Part shown: piece after piece, positions 51,131 to 60,136 of the stretch
Layout: every line of letters begins with the position of its first letter
Position numbering within the stretch: the first letter of the stretch is position 1
Source of the DNA: Eubacteriales bacterium
Lineage (GTDB): Bacteria > Bacillota > Clostridia > Oscillospirales > CAG-272
NCBI GenBank assembly: GCA_045643285.1
Contig: JAZUKN010000041.1
Span: 666-64,665, forward strand
Length of the DNA stretch: 64,000 bases
Direction: 5' to 3'
Position numbers and translations under genes: made by a program
The notes under the pieces: generated by a model
Told to the model about the DNA's origin: nothing
Databases searched by the model: none
The model's input: only the letters and a program-made list of their open reading frames with translations

Positions 51131-52092
51131 TTCATTTCCTCCGTTTCGTTAAGTATAATTTTTCTGAATATGCTTTCAAAAATCGGCACGGCTATGCTGT
51201 TTCCGGCTTGTTTATAAAGAGCCATATAAAAGCGACCATTCCTGTGCTGTGCGGCTTTGGCTCGCTCGAAGTCGTCATCTGTGTACCCTTGCAGTCGCCA
51301 GCACTCGCGTTCCGTGAGGTATCTATATCTCCCGTTTCCGCAGTCGATGACCTGCGCCGGTGTCCTGTCTTGGCGTGTTGTGATGGTGTATGCGTAGTCC
51401 TCTATGACGGTCGCCCGCCTGATGCCTTTTTCTCCGATGACGTTGTAAACCGACGGCTGTGTTACCGTGTACTCTTCCGGCACCGCGTCGTTGTCTTCGA
51501 GAAAGTCCCGGATGTTCCGCATCTCCGTTTTGATGAGGTCGTCAAAGCTGAACGCTTCGGTTCCATAAACCGAAACCGTGAACACTCGCTCTCTGGCTTG
51601 CGGAAGTCCAAAGTCCCGCGCATCGAGTACCGCGCTGCTGCTTGTGTATCCCAGCTTTTGCAGTTCGTTCTGGTACCTGACGAAGTTGGCGATCATGTGC
51701 TTGCTCTTCAGGTTCTTCACGTTTTCCCAGATGATGTACTTCGGTTTCCATTCGCCCATCTGCTCTACGATGTGAATGGTTTCCCACATGAGAGAGGAGC
51801 GTGTCTCGCTTCCTTCGTCAGCTCCTTTTTGGTGTCCGGCAATGGAGAAGTCTTGGCACGGGCTGCCGTGGATCAGTATGTCTGGCTTCAGGTTCCATCC
51901 GACGACGCTCTGCGTCTGGTATTGGAGGCTGTCTTTGAATATGCTATTGTATGACCGCACCGCTTTTTCGTCTATCTCCACGTAGTCGATTGCCTTTGTC
52001 GGAATGTTGAGGTTTCGCAAAGCGCAGCGCGGGCTTCCGATCCCTCCGAATAGTTCCAAAATCTGAACGGGTCGTTGCTCTGTGTATGTCAT
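51127..52092 (-). CDS. dcm: DNA cytosine-C5 methyltransferase
   Basis: LELFGGIG, GSPCQ, ENV, QARERVF and AGNSI motifs. Confidence 0.93.
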   Translation of the reverse strand: MTYTEQRPVQILELFGGIGSPRCALRNLNIPTKAIDYVEIDEKAVRSYNSIFKDSLQYQTQSVVGWNLKPDILIHGSPCQDFSIAGHQKGADEGSETRSSLMWETIHIVEQMGEWKPKYIIWENVKNLKSKHMIANFVRYQNELQKLGYTSSSAVLDARDFGLPQARERVFTVSVYGTEAFSFDDLIKTEMRNIRDFLEDNDAVPEEYTVTQPSVYNVIGEKGIRRATVIEDYAYTITTRQDRTPAQVIDCGNGRYRYLTERECWRLQGYTDDDFERAKAAQHRNGRFYMALYKQAGNSIAVPIFESIFRKIILNETEEMK

Positions 52093-52910
52093 TGTTTCAC
52101 CTCCTCGAATAAATCAAAAAGTGTTAATTGCTGGTATCTGCTTTCTTCCTCCGCCTTCATCCGTGCGATCCATTGGTCTGTTTTTTGCTCGACCTCTTGA
52201 AAGGAAAGGCTGTATCTGAAGCACTGTGACACAAGGTTTTCCGTCTGGCTTAACCGTTTCAGTTCTTCCCATAATTCTGGGTAGTGGGTTTTCGTATATG
52301 CGAATTCTCTGAATGGCTGTTGCCCGCAGAACCAGCACCCACCCCGGTTCGATATTTCGTAAACAGGGGATATGAGATTGTACGGCTTGCATTTCTGAAA
52401 CGCAGCCGCTTCTGTGACTTCAAACATCGCAAGAAGCGACTGCTGGTTCGTTCCTTTCAAGCTCTGGAGCCGGTCTTGCTCGTCGAATGCTATACCGAGG
52501 TACTGCGTTATGTCTTGCTCGTCGAATTGCTTATAAAAACGCTCTATCGCCCTCGTCTTGAGGTCTCGTTTTACAGAACACATCTTCTTGTTGCAAATTG
52601 GGAAACCAGCTCTTTTTCCGATCCTTTCCGGGTACCGCGATGTCTCGATGACGTGCATGAAGAGGTCTATGTAGTCTTTGTCTGCTCGCACAATCTCAAA
52701 TTTGTGTCCCCAGCTTTCAAAGAGTGGCTTTGCCACTGTTCTTACCCAGTCCATGTGTTCTGGTCTCTCTCCGCTGATTCCTCTCTTTTTGTCAAACATC
52801 ACCTCTGCCATGACGATGGTTGAAGGCTCGTGTCCGAGGTCGTTTTCGTGTTCAAGGATAATAGAACACCCGCTGTCTTTTCCTCCGCTGAATGACTGAA
52901 AATAAAGCAT
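52089..52910 (-). CDS. PAPS-reductase-family (PP-loop) protein
   Basis: SFSGGKDS PP-loop, YLGIAFDEQDR and RGGCWFC motifs. Confidence 0.82.
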   Translation of the reverse strand: MLYFQSFSGGKDSGCSIILEHENDLGHEPSTIVMAEVMFDKKRGISGERPEHMDWVRTVAKPLFESWGHKFEIVRADKDYIDLFMHVIETSRYPERIGKRAGFPICNKKMCSVKRDLKTRAIERFYKQFDEQDITQYLGIAFDEQDRLQSLKGTNQQSLLAMFEVTEAAAFQKCKPYNLISPVYEISNRGGCWFCGQQPFREFAYTKTHYPELWEELKRLSQTENLVSQCFRYSLSFQEVEQKTDQWIARMKAEEESRYQQLTLFDLFEEVKQ

Positions 52911-52988
52911 AATTCACGACCTTTCTTGCCCTGCCATCGTCAGGCTGGGTGGGGCGGTTCCCAGCGACCGGCGTTCGCCGGTTTCGGC

Positions 52989-53225
52989 TTATTGCGCGTT
53001 CGGTATCGGGTTCCCGATAAAAATGAAGGCTTTCGAGTTGTTGAACATCATCCTGTGTATGACCTCTCTGTTCTCGATGTCCTTCTTGTAGAGGATCATG
53101 TCGACGTCTGTGAAGTTCCATTGTGCCGGTGACCCGCTGAATACGATCCGTTCGTCTCCGATTATGGTGACCTCCTGCAGGTCGTATTCCTGCAGGAGAC
53201 CTTTGATCACGTTCTTGACCTTCAT
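52989..53225 (-). CDS. Phage hypothetical protein
   Basis: 78-aa ORF with an AAGGAG RBS. Confidence 0.6.
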   Translation of the reverse strand: MKVKNVIKGLLQEYDLQEVTIIGDERIVFSGSPAQWNFTDVDMILYKKDIENREVIHRMMFNNSKAFIFIGNPIPNAQ

Positions 53226-53238
53226 TGTGCTGCTCCTT

Positions 53239-53694
53239 TCAAATTCCGAGTTCCGCTTTGAGTTCCAGAAGTTCTTTGCCTACGCGCTCTGCGTCTTCTT
53301 CCGTTCCGTCCACCTCTGGGACGCTGTCTTCGAGCAGTTTTGCGAGGTAGTAAAAGGTTACCGTCTGCAGGAATTTCTTTCCGCAGAAGCGAATGTCTTT
53401 GAGGTAGGATTCTGCTCCACCTCCGAAGCCGCAGAAGCCTTCGACGTAGACGTTTGTCATGCTCTCGTTGTAGATCGTGTTGAAGAGTTCCTTCGGGTTC
53501 ATCATGAAGCTGCGGGCATCTTCGCTTCTTTCGTCGTACCATGAGTTTACGAATTGCCACTGGTCGTTGGCACAGTATTTGATGTTCTTGACCGCTTTCT
53601 TCTGCTTCATGTTGAGGTCGGTCTTCGTGCTGGTGATTCCGAGTGCTGCGGTGAGCTTGGGCATTCCTGTGAGTTCTCTGTAATTGTTTTTCAT
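53239..53694 (-). CDS. Phage hypothetical protein
   Basis: MKNNYREL start after AAGGAGG. Confidence 0.65.
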   Translation of the reverse strand: MKNNYRELTGMPKLTAALGITSTKTDLNMKQKKAVKNIKYCANDQWQFVNSWYDERSEDARSFMMNPKELFNTIYNESMTNVYVEGFCGFGGGAESYLKDIRFCGKKFLQTVTFYYLAKLLEDSVPEVDGTEEDAERVGKELLELKAELGI

Positions 53695-53735
53695 TGTTGT
53701 TCCTCCTTTTATGCTTTGCTGGGCTTTCGTCCAGC

Positions 53736-53999
53736 TTAAAGTGTAGCCATAATCTGTTTTGTTTCGTTGTATGTGGGGAAGGTGATCTTGACGAGATATC
53801 CTTTTCTGTCGCCTACGATGCGCTTGCCTTTGATGTGCTGAAATCTTCCGCCGTGGTTTTCTACCCAAGCCTTTATCTTTTCCTCTACCGTGTCCATGTA
53901 GAAGTTCTTGTTGTTCTTGGCGATGCTGCAGAAGTATGTGTCTGCGTATTCTGTCATCGGCTTGAGGTGGCTTAAAAGGTTTTTCTCTGTCTTTGTCAT
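53736..53999 (-). CDS. Phage hypothetical protein
   Basis: MTKTEKN start after GGAGG; first gene downstream of the consensus promoter. Confidence 0.6.
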   Translation of the reverse strand: MTKTEKNLLSHLKPMTEYADTYFCSIAKNNKNFYMDTVEEKIKAWVENHGGRFQHIKGKRIVGDRKGYLVKITFPTYNETKQIMATL

Positions 54000-54168
54000 G
54001 TCCGTTCCTCCGTTTTTTGTTTTCCCGTTCGAGGCGGTGCCGAGGTTGCCGTTCGTTCTCGCCGTCCGTGCCTCGCCGCGATCCCCAGCCTGTTGGCTGC
54101 TTCCCGCCGGTCTCTGCTGCCGCTTTCCTGTTTTATCCTCGGCTCTGCCTCTCTCGGTTTGTGAGAAC

Positions 54169-54197
54169 ATTATAAACCACCATCGGTTTATTGTCAA
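54169..54197 (-). promoter_or_regulatory. Perfect-consensus sigma-A promoter with an operator-like palindrome
   Basis: TTGACA-N17-TATAAT; ATAAACC-N6-GGTTTAT spans 54172-54191. Confidence 0.85.
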
Positions 54198-54252
54198 GAG
54201 AAAAGCCCCAGAAATACTACACAAATTTTCGTGCGTATTTCTGGGGACTTTT
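54198..54252 (-). terminator. Rho-independent terminator downstream of the lysis module
   Basis: CCCCAGAAATAC...GTATTTCTGGGG stem followed by CTTTTCTCTT on the minus strand. Confidence 0.75.
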
Positions 54253-54370
54253 GACAAATGGAGAGCATCGGGGAGGGGTTCCGTTACTCCCCCTTAGACC
54301 CCCTCCCCTCCGCCATCATATCACAGGTCTTTGATTCTGTCAATGGGTTTCTCTCAATTTCCGAGAAAAA

Positions 54371-54790
54371 TTATTCAGAAATCAATTCGCCGGTGAGGAT
54401 CGTGTCGTTTTTCTGGACTTTGACCTGTTCCTCAATCTTCGACGTGAGCCATTCTGTCAGGCTGCCGTAGGCGGAGGCGATGAAGTCCTTCGCTTCCTGC
54501 GTCATGATCTTCGTGGCGGTGTCGTAGCTCTTCTGGAATGCCTCGCGCTGGTTCTCCGGCGTGAAGGTGCCGGACTTCTTCAGCGTATCGACGTAGGTCT
54601 GGTTCGTCACCGTTACCGCCGTGATGACGGCATCTCCGGCTTCGTTCAGGAGCCTCTTTGCGGTCCCGTCGGTTACCTTCGCGGTCGCTTCCTCTTTCTT
54701 GGCTTTGAGAAGGTCGCAGAGGTATTTCGTGACGATGGGTACCGCTGCTATGATGACCGCCTGCAGGAGGTCAAAAAGTAAATCTTTCAT
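54371..54790 (-). CDS. Holin-like protein (LL-H-type)
   Basis: N-terminal TM segment, AVTVTNQTYVD..KK and KIEEQV pattern; downstream of the endolysin. Confidence 0.65.
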   Translation of the reverse strand: MKDLLFDLLQAVIIAAVPIVTKYLCDLLKAKKEEATAKVTDGTAKRLLNEAGDAVITAVTVTNQTYVDTLKKSGTFTPENQREAFQKSYDTATKIMTQEAKDFIASAYGSLTEWLTSKIEEQVKVQKNDTILTGELISE

Positions 54791-54836
54791 GGTATGAATT
54801 CCTTTCTTTGTTGGTCTTATTTTTCGACCGTGACGG

Positions 54837-55025
54837 TTAGGTTTTCTGACCGTCCGTGTCTTCTGGTTTGCACCCTGACCCTTCGTAGAAGCAATTCTCG
54901 CAGTCCTCCGGCTTGCATCTGCAGTCTTTGCCGTCGCTCTTGGCGAGGCTGACGATCCAGATTGTCCAGAGGGCTACCTCCAGAACGAACGGCAGAAGGT
55001 TCAGGATGGCTTCTATCGTCTTCAT
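54837..55025 (-). CDS. Small membrane protein
   Basis: One TM segment and a Cys-rich tail. Confidence 0.5.
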   Translation of the reverse strand: MKTIEAILNLLPFVLEVALWTIWIVSLAKSDGKDCRCKPEDCENCFYEGSGCKPEDTDGQKT

Positions 55026-55028
55026 GGC

Positions 55029-56777
55029 TTACGCCTTTGTGAAGGAGCCGTTGTCTACCCAGCCGTAAACGGTCGCGCCGCTGCCGGATTCTCTCACGAG
55101 GTGGTAGGGGTGCCTGCTCTTGCCGAGCTGGTAGATCTGCGTGATCTTCGCCTTGCCACCCTTGCAGCTCTTCGCGTTCGTGGAGTTCGCGCTGGTATAG
55201 TGAACGGTGCCGGTGTAGTTGACGATGTCTCCCACCTTCGGTGTCCACGCGGGTGCTGCGGGCTTCGCGGTACCGGCGCAGAGTTCGTTCACGCGGTTCT
55301 GGACTGCGCTGTAATCGTAACCGGCGGCGGTGAGTTTCTGCTTTCTTGTGTCTCCGTTGCCCCACTTGCCGTCGAGGACTTCCTTCGCCAGCTCGTCCAC
55401 GGTCTTCTTTGCGGTCGTGGGAGCCGCAGGCGCGGCGGCCGCAGAAGTGCCGGGGATTTTGATTTTCTGCCCGACGCTGATGATGTTCGGGTTGGCGATG
55501 CCGTTGTATTCGGCGAGCTTCTGGTACGTGGTTCCGTACTTCTTGGCGATGCCGGAGAGCGTGTCGCCCTTCTGGACGGTGTAGACGGTCTCCGAGCCGG
55601 TGCTGGGAGTAGTGGTCGTGCCGGTTGTCGTTCCGCCGGTCGCGGTTCCTGCGGTCTTCACGTTCTCGCTCTTGCCGGTGTAGGTGACGTAGGGAAGTTT
55701 ACCGTGCTTCGTCCAGTTGCGGGTGTTGTAGCCGCTTCTGGTGTTGTTGCAGGCGGTAATCTGCACTTTGTTCGCCCACTTCGGTGTGCATTCCACGGCG
55801 AGACCGCCGCCGACGTAGATGCCGATGTGTCCTTCCATCCACACGGCTTCGCCGACTTCAATGCTGGAGAAGTCAGAGGAGACGTTCTTGCAGACGTTGA
55901 TCATGCTGTCGGCTCCGATGTCCGGCACTCCGTTGCAGGCGTAACCTGCGCCGCCGTATGTCTTTGACGTGTCGCCACACCAGCCCCAGAGCAGTCCCTT
56001 GATGAGGCAGACGCAGTCGAAGCCGAAGGTGTCCGCGCTGGCCGCGTTGATCATCTTGGTTCTGTCCGCTGCCTTGTTGTAGGAGTGGTTGCTGGTGTAT
56101 CTCTTCTTGTTCGCCTCGTTCATGGGTGCGCCGAAGCAGCCCATGATGTAGAGGGTCTTGTAGTTCTTCGCTACGCTGATCGCCTTCTCTGCGAGCTGCG
56201 CGGCGGTTGTGATTTTGGTTGACATTGAGGTTGCCTCCTTCTTTGTTTCTGTATTGGTCGTCGTGGCGTATTTGTCGTAGTACTTCTGACCGTAAGAGGC
56301 GCGGGTGTTCTGGACGCTCTCGCTCTGGTTCGCCGGTCTTTCGTACTGCAACAGCACGGCGGTGGATGCCGCTTTGACGGTCGTCGCGGTTTTCAATGTC
56401 TGAAGCAGTCCGCTGTATCCTTCGGACAGTTCCTTCCAAAGGAAGCCGAGCTGCATTTCGAGGTCTCCGATGCTCTTGCCGACGCTCTTCGCGTAGTTCA
56501 GAAGGTTCTGCTTGCGCGACCAGTACGTCCACTGTGCCAGACCGTAACCGGCGGCATCTTTCACGAAGTTGCCGTAGGCTCCGCTGTCAACGGCTGCGGT
56601 GTACCCGTCGTCGGTGTAGCCGAGTTTCGTCTCGTAGGTGTTCTGCAGGTTGTTCGGGCGCAGTCCGCTTTCGGCATAAAGGTTGCCCATCAGCCCTGCG
56701 GTCCCGTTTGCGTTCAGTCCTTTTCCGATGAGGAAGTTCCAGATTTTCTCCTCATTGGTCGTTCCTTTCAGTGCCAT
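55029..56777 (-). CDS. Multi-domain endolysin: phage tail-lysozyme-like domain, Cys/His peptidase-like domain, LysM, Cpl-7 and an SH3-like C-terminus
   Basis: [20 protein letters not shown]; FDCVCLIKG...GHIGIY; [13 protein letters not shown]; [12 protein letters not shown]...[11 protein letters not shown]. Confidence 0.9.
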   Translation of the reverse strand: MALKGTTNEEKIWNFLIGKGLNANGTAGLMGNLYAESGLRPNNLQNTYETKLGYTDDGYTAAVDSGAYGNFVKDAAGYGLAQWTYWSRKQNLLNYAKSVGKSIGDLEMQLGFLWKELSEGYSGLLQTLKTATTVKAASTAVLLQYERPANQSESVQNTRASYGQKYYDKYATTTNTETKKEATSMSTKITTAAQLAEKAISVAKNYKTLYIMGCFGAPMNEANKKRYTSNHSYNKAADRTKMINAASADTFGFDCVCLIKGLLWGWCGDTSKTYGGAGYACNGVPDIGADSMINVCKNVSSDFSSIEVGEAVWMEGHIGIYVGGGLAVECTPKWANKVQITACNNTRSGYNTRNWTKHGKLPYVTYTGKSENVKTAGTATGGTTTGTTTTPSTGSETVYTVQKGDTLSGIAKKYGTTYQKLAEYNGIANPNIISVGQKIKIPGTSAAAAPAAPTTAKKTVDELAKEVLDGKWGNGDTRKQKLTAAGYDYSAVQNRVNELCAGTAKPAAPAWTPKVGDIVNYTGTVHYTSANSTNAKSCKGGKAKITQIYQLGKSRHPYHLVRESGSGATVYGWVDNGSFTKA

Positions 56778-57141
56778 CGTTTGTACCTCCGTTATTTTGG
56801 TTCATCGCGTCCTCGCGCTCCTCCATGTGCTTCTGGTCTTCCAGCTGGTTCACACGGTCTCTGAAGCGTTCCTTCGCGGTCTTGATCCACGCCATCGCTC
56901 CGCACTCTCCGCCGAGGGCGGCAAATACGCAAGTGACGAGCGTGTCTGGTATCATTCCCGTTTCTTTGTAAAGATGTATCATCTCCACCGTGAACGCCAG
57001 AAGGGCGACGGCAATGATGACGAGAATGATGTCCATCTTGTTGAATGTCTTCTGTGGTTTTGCAGCTTTCGCTTTCGCTCTGGCTCGCTTTTTACGGCGG
57101 AGCCAGAGTTCCAACTTGCTGCGCTTCTTCTTCGCAGCCAT
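56752..57141 (-). CDS. Two-TM phage membrane protein (holin-like)
   Basis: Basic N-terminus and two hydrophobic segments; overlaps the endolysin start. Confidence 0.6.
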   Translation of the reverse strand: MAAKKKRSKLELWLRRKKRARAKAKAAKPQKTFNKMDIILVIIAVALLAFTVEMIHLYKETGMIPDTLVTCVFAALGGECGAMAWIKTAKERFRDRVNQLEDQKHMEEREDAMNQNNGGTNDGTERNDQ

Positions 57142-57145
57142 TGTT

Positions 57146-57547
57146 TCACCTCTTTTTCAGACGGAGGTTGTTGACCTCGCGCATCAGGACGTCGAGGTCT
57201 CCGTTTCCGCCCAGCCCGCTGTGGTAGCTGCGGTGCATATCATTCAGGATGCGCCGGTCATCGAAGTCGATTTCTCCTTCGTCTATGTACGCCTGTCCGA
57301 GGTATCGGATTCGGTCATACAAGATGTATTTGATTGCCTCGCTTTGTGCGTCGGTCTTCGCTTCGATAGCCAGCAGGCGTTCCTCTGTTCGGAGGCTCGC
57401 TTGCTTCTCGGCATCTTCCTTCTTCTGCTCCGCTTTGTCTTCCTTCACGGCTTTTCGGTTTCTGCGCCATGCGAGGGCTTCTTTGATGCCCTCGATGACG
57501 GCGACTGCTACGCCGCCGGAAAGGATGGCGGCAAGTAAATTATCCAT
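57146..57547 (-). CDS. Phage lysis-region membrane protein (holin-like)
   Basis: N-terminal TM segment and YDRIRYL...YHSGLGGNG motif; start MDNLLAA after a GGAGG RBS. Confidence 0.65.
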   Translation of the reverse strand: MDNLLAAILSGGVAVAVIEGIKEALAWRRNRKAVKEDKAEQKKEDAEKQASLRTEERLLAIEAKTDAQSEAIKYILYDRIRYLGQAYIDEGEIDFDDRRILNDMHRSYHSGLGGNGDLDVLMREVNNLRLKKR

Positions 57548-57773
57548 TGGTGCCTTCCTCCTTTCCGCACGTTCCGGTGTTGTGGATCGGACGCATACCG
57601 TATTCCAGTATGTCGAGTTCGTCCTCAATTGGTTTTCGCTTGGCTGCAAATTTCTTTTTGCACTCTTCATCAACAGTCAGCTGCTCCTCGATAAAAAGTG
57701 CCTGTTCGCGGATGATCTCCGCCTGTGCTTCCGTGACCGCGCAGAGGCGGTCGATGAGTTCAAGTGTTGTCAT
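57540..57773 (-). CDS. Phage hypothetical coiled-coil protein
   Basis: 77-aa ORF overlapping the next gene. Confidence 0.55.
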   Translation of the reverse strand: MTTLELIDRLCAVTEAQAEIIREQALFIEEQLTVDEECKKKFAAKRKPIEDELDILEYGMRPIHNTGTCGKEEGTNG

Positions 57774-57804
57774 TGTGCCTCATGCGCTCCTTTCTTCGCG
57801 TTCC

Positions 57805-57936
57805 TTACTCTGCCGCCAGTTCAGCCAGTCCACTCTCTTCGAGAATTTCTCTGACCTGATCCTTCAGCAATTTCGGAACCTGCGCGAAGGTCTTCTTGCC
57901 GAGGATGATTTTCTGCGCCCATAACATAGCCATCAT
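57805..57936 (-). CDS. CD1375/XkdX-like small phage protein
   Basis: MMAMLWAQKIILGKKTFAQVPKLLKDQVREIL with an AAGGAGG RBS. Confidence 0.75.
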   Translation of the reverse strand: MMAMLWAQKIILGKKTFAQVPKLLKDQVREILEESGLAELAAE

Positions 57937-57979
57937 CGTTTCGCCCTCCTTTCCGTATAAAAGTCTGGAAATCAAGCCC

Positions 57980-58453
57980 TTAACCGTCATAGACGATTTC
58001 GGACATTTCAAGGAGGCAGCCTTCGAGGAAGTCGTTCCTCTCTGCCTGCTCCTGCAGCTGCTCTTCGAGCGACGCGATCCTGCGTCGCATCTCCGCCACC
58101 GACATGACGGTTTCCTGCGGTTCTTCATCCGGGTTGTCCTCCTCTTCGGTTGGTTCCTCCGGCACGGGTTCGGGATCGTCCGGGATTTCCTCGCCGTCGT
58201 CCAGCTGCTGCCGGATGGTGAGGTATTCCTCTTCGGTAATTTCGACCGCTTCAACGGTTTCAAATGTACCGGCTTCGGTCGGTGCGGGGTTCAGCCAGCC
58301 GACGCGCCAGATCTGCGCTTGGTCGCTCGACTGGATGAATTGTGCCTCCGAAGCGTCGCAGGCGAACATACAGCGGTGCTTCTGGCTCCATTTCAGGAAC
58401 ATGAAGCCCGCGTCGATAACCGTGCCGCCTCTGGTTACTTTGTAATAATTCAT
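57980..58453 (-). CDS. Phage tail-associated hypothetical protein
   Basis: ATG overlaps the RT stop (ATGA); ends in a coiled coil NDFLEGCLLEMSEIVY of the kind seen upstream of CD1375-like genes. Confidence 0.65.
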   Translation of the reverse strand: MNYYKVTRGGTVIDAGFMFLKWSQKHRCMFACDASEAQFIQSSDQAQIWRVGWLNPAPTEAGTFETVEAVEITEEEYLTIRQQLDDGEEIPDDPEPVPEEPTEEEDNPDEEPQETVMSVAEMRRRIASLEEQLQEQAERNDFLEGCLLEMSEIVYDG

Positions 58454-59664
58454 GCGATCATTCCTCCTGTTCTGTATTGGTGGAAAAGTCTGTTGTAAAG
58501 GTTGAGCATTGCTTTTCTGGTGCGGTATGTGTGCGCGATCTTCCTTGCGTTTCCGAACCACGACTTGAAGGACGTGTATGCGTCGTCAAGGCGCATCTTT
58601 CCGAGGTCTACCAGTCTGCGGAATTTCTTCAGCTTCTGGCGCATTCGGACGATGCCGGATTTCGCCATCTTCTTTACGATCCTGTTCGTGTCTGTTACGA
58701 TGTACAGCACTTTCAGGAAGGTGAAGCCTCGGCTTGCCTTGACGATCCGCGTCTTCTTCTCGTTCAGTTCAAGCCCCAGCCGGTCGCAAACCTCCCGTAT
58801 GGTGCCGAGGAGTGCCGTCAGGCGTTCCTTCGTGCCTGACGTGTATCCGTCGTCCATGTATCGGATGTGGTGCTTCATGCACTCCTTGTCCTTGACTGTG
58901 TGGTCGAGTTCGTTTGGTATTACGAGTGCCATGTCCTGCGATATCTGGCTTCCGAGTGTGGCTCCTATTGCTTCGTCGTTCTCCAGCTCGGCGATCCGGC
59001 GTTCTCGTTCTTCTGGGTCTGTTATGGTCGAGATGTCTTGCTTCTGGTACATTTTGATGAAGTACATCGTGAGTGCCTGAAGCCTATCGTCCTGTCCTGC
59101 CTTTCCGAGTTCGTACCGGCACCGGCTGTGCCTTATGCTGTCAAAGAAGCCGTGGAAATCATAAAGCAGCACGTGGAAGTCGTTTCCGTGTTCTCTGATT
59201 TCCTTCTGCAGGTGGCAGTCCACCCGCCGACGTGCAAAGCTCACGCCTTTGCCTTTGGTGCTTGCGGGGTTGTCGTAAATGAGGGACGGCTGCGTGAGTG
59301 GGGTTATGCTGCTGTCGCAGAGGCTCCCTTGTATCACTCGGCTGTCTATCATGATTGCGTGGCAGTCCCGCCGCTTTCCTCGTTCGTTTACGACGAGGTG
59401 CCGGATGGTCTGGTTCACGTTCAGCACTCCGTCGTTGAGGTCGTGCTTTGCCCGGTAAATCTTCACGGGCGCGTGTTGGATGTAGCTCTGAACGCTGCCT
59501 TTCCATTCCGTGTCTTTCCTGCGCTTCTGTAGGGAGTGCAGGTGGTTCTGAATTGTGTTGACGTTCTCAAAGGTCCCGTATTTCTCGATGCGCGGTTTTC
59601 GCTTCTCGGCTTTGCGGTCTTTGGATCGTCTGATTCGTAGCTGTTTTCTTTCTTGATTGTTCAT
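58450..59664 (-). CDS. DGR-type reverse transcriptase
   Basis: 404 aa; ERGKRR, NPASTKGKG, DFHGFFDSI, LGSQISQ, RYMDD and FTFLK motifs; no obvious maturase or endonuclease extension. Confidence 0.93.
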   Translation of the reverse strand: MNNQERKQLRIRRSKDRKAEKRKPRIEKYGTFENVNTIQNHLHSLQKRRKDTEWKGSVQSYIQHAPVKIYRAKHDLNDGVLNVNQTIRHLVVNERGKRRDCHAIMIDSRVIQGSLCDSSITPLTQPSLIYDNPASTKGKGVSFARRRVDCHLQKEIREHGNDFHVLLYDFHGFFDSIRHSRCRYELGKAGQDDRLQALTMYFIKMYQKQDISTITDPEERERRIAELENDEAIGATLGSQISQDMALVIPNELDHTVKDKECMKHHIRYMDDGYTSGTKERLTALLGTIREVCDRLGLELNEKKTRIVKASRGFTFLKVLYIVTDTNRIVKKMAKSGIVRMRQKLKKFRRLVDLGKMRLDDAYTSFKSWFGNARKIAHTYRTRKAMLNLYNRLFHQYRTGGMIA

Positions 59665-59975
59665 AGTGATGAAGTCTCGGCTTCGCCTGTCCCGACGGTC
59701 TTATCGTCGCCGCCAGCCGTTGCTTTCGCTCCGGCTCTTGGTTGTGCGCCTGTTCTGCCGGGTAAATGGTACCGGGAATGAAACGGTGCGGGGCGTTCGC
59801 CGCGCCGCCATGCAAGAAGCGTCCTCCCGACCATAGCAGGACACCGCCGTGGTGTATCGTCCTTGCGGCAGGACGGTCATGTATTTACCGTGGTGATGCC
59901 CACGGAGGGCTGTGTTCTCCTTCTCATGATTTGAATTGTTTCACCCTTATACATGGTTACTTTAATCATGAAAAT

Positions 59976-60110
59976 CGCACGCAGACGCCATTGCTGTTGG
60001 ACGCGTTGTTGCCGTTCGTGTTCACGTTGCCGTTGTTGTTCACATTGCAGAAGTTCGTCGCGTTGGTGACGGACGCACCGCGAAGCCAGAAGTTGTTCGC
60101 TGCAAACCAT
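59976..60110 (-). repeat. DGR template repeat (TR)
   Basis: 135-nt gapless match to 61031-61165; contains 15 AAY codons in the target reading frame. Confidence 0.95.
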
Positions 60111-60136
60111 TATCAGAACACCGCCCATGTCTCCTT

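Noticed and set aside
58450-59664. RT as a group II intron, retron or Abi RT
   Set aside because: There is no maturase or endonuclease extension and no interrupted host gene, and the adjacent TR/VR pair with adenine-specific mismatches explains it as a DGR RT.
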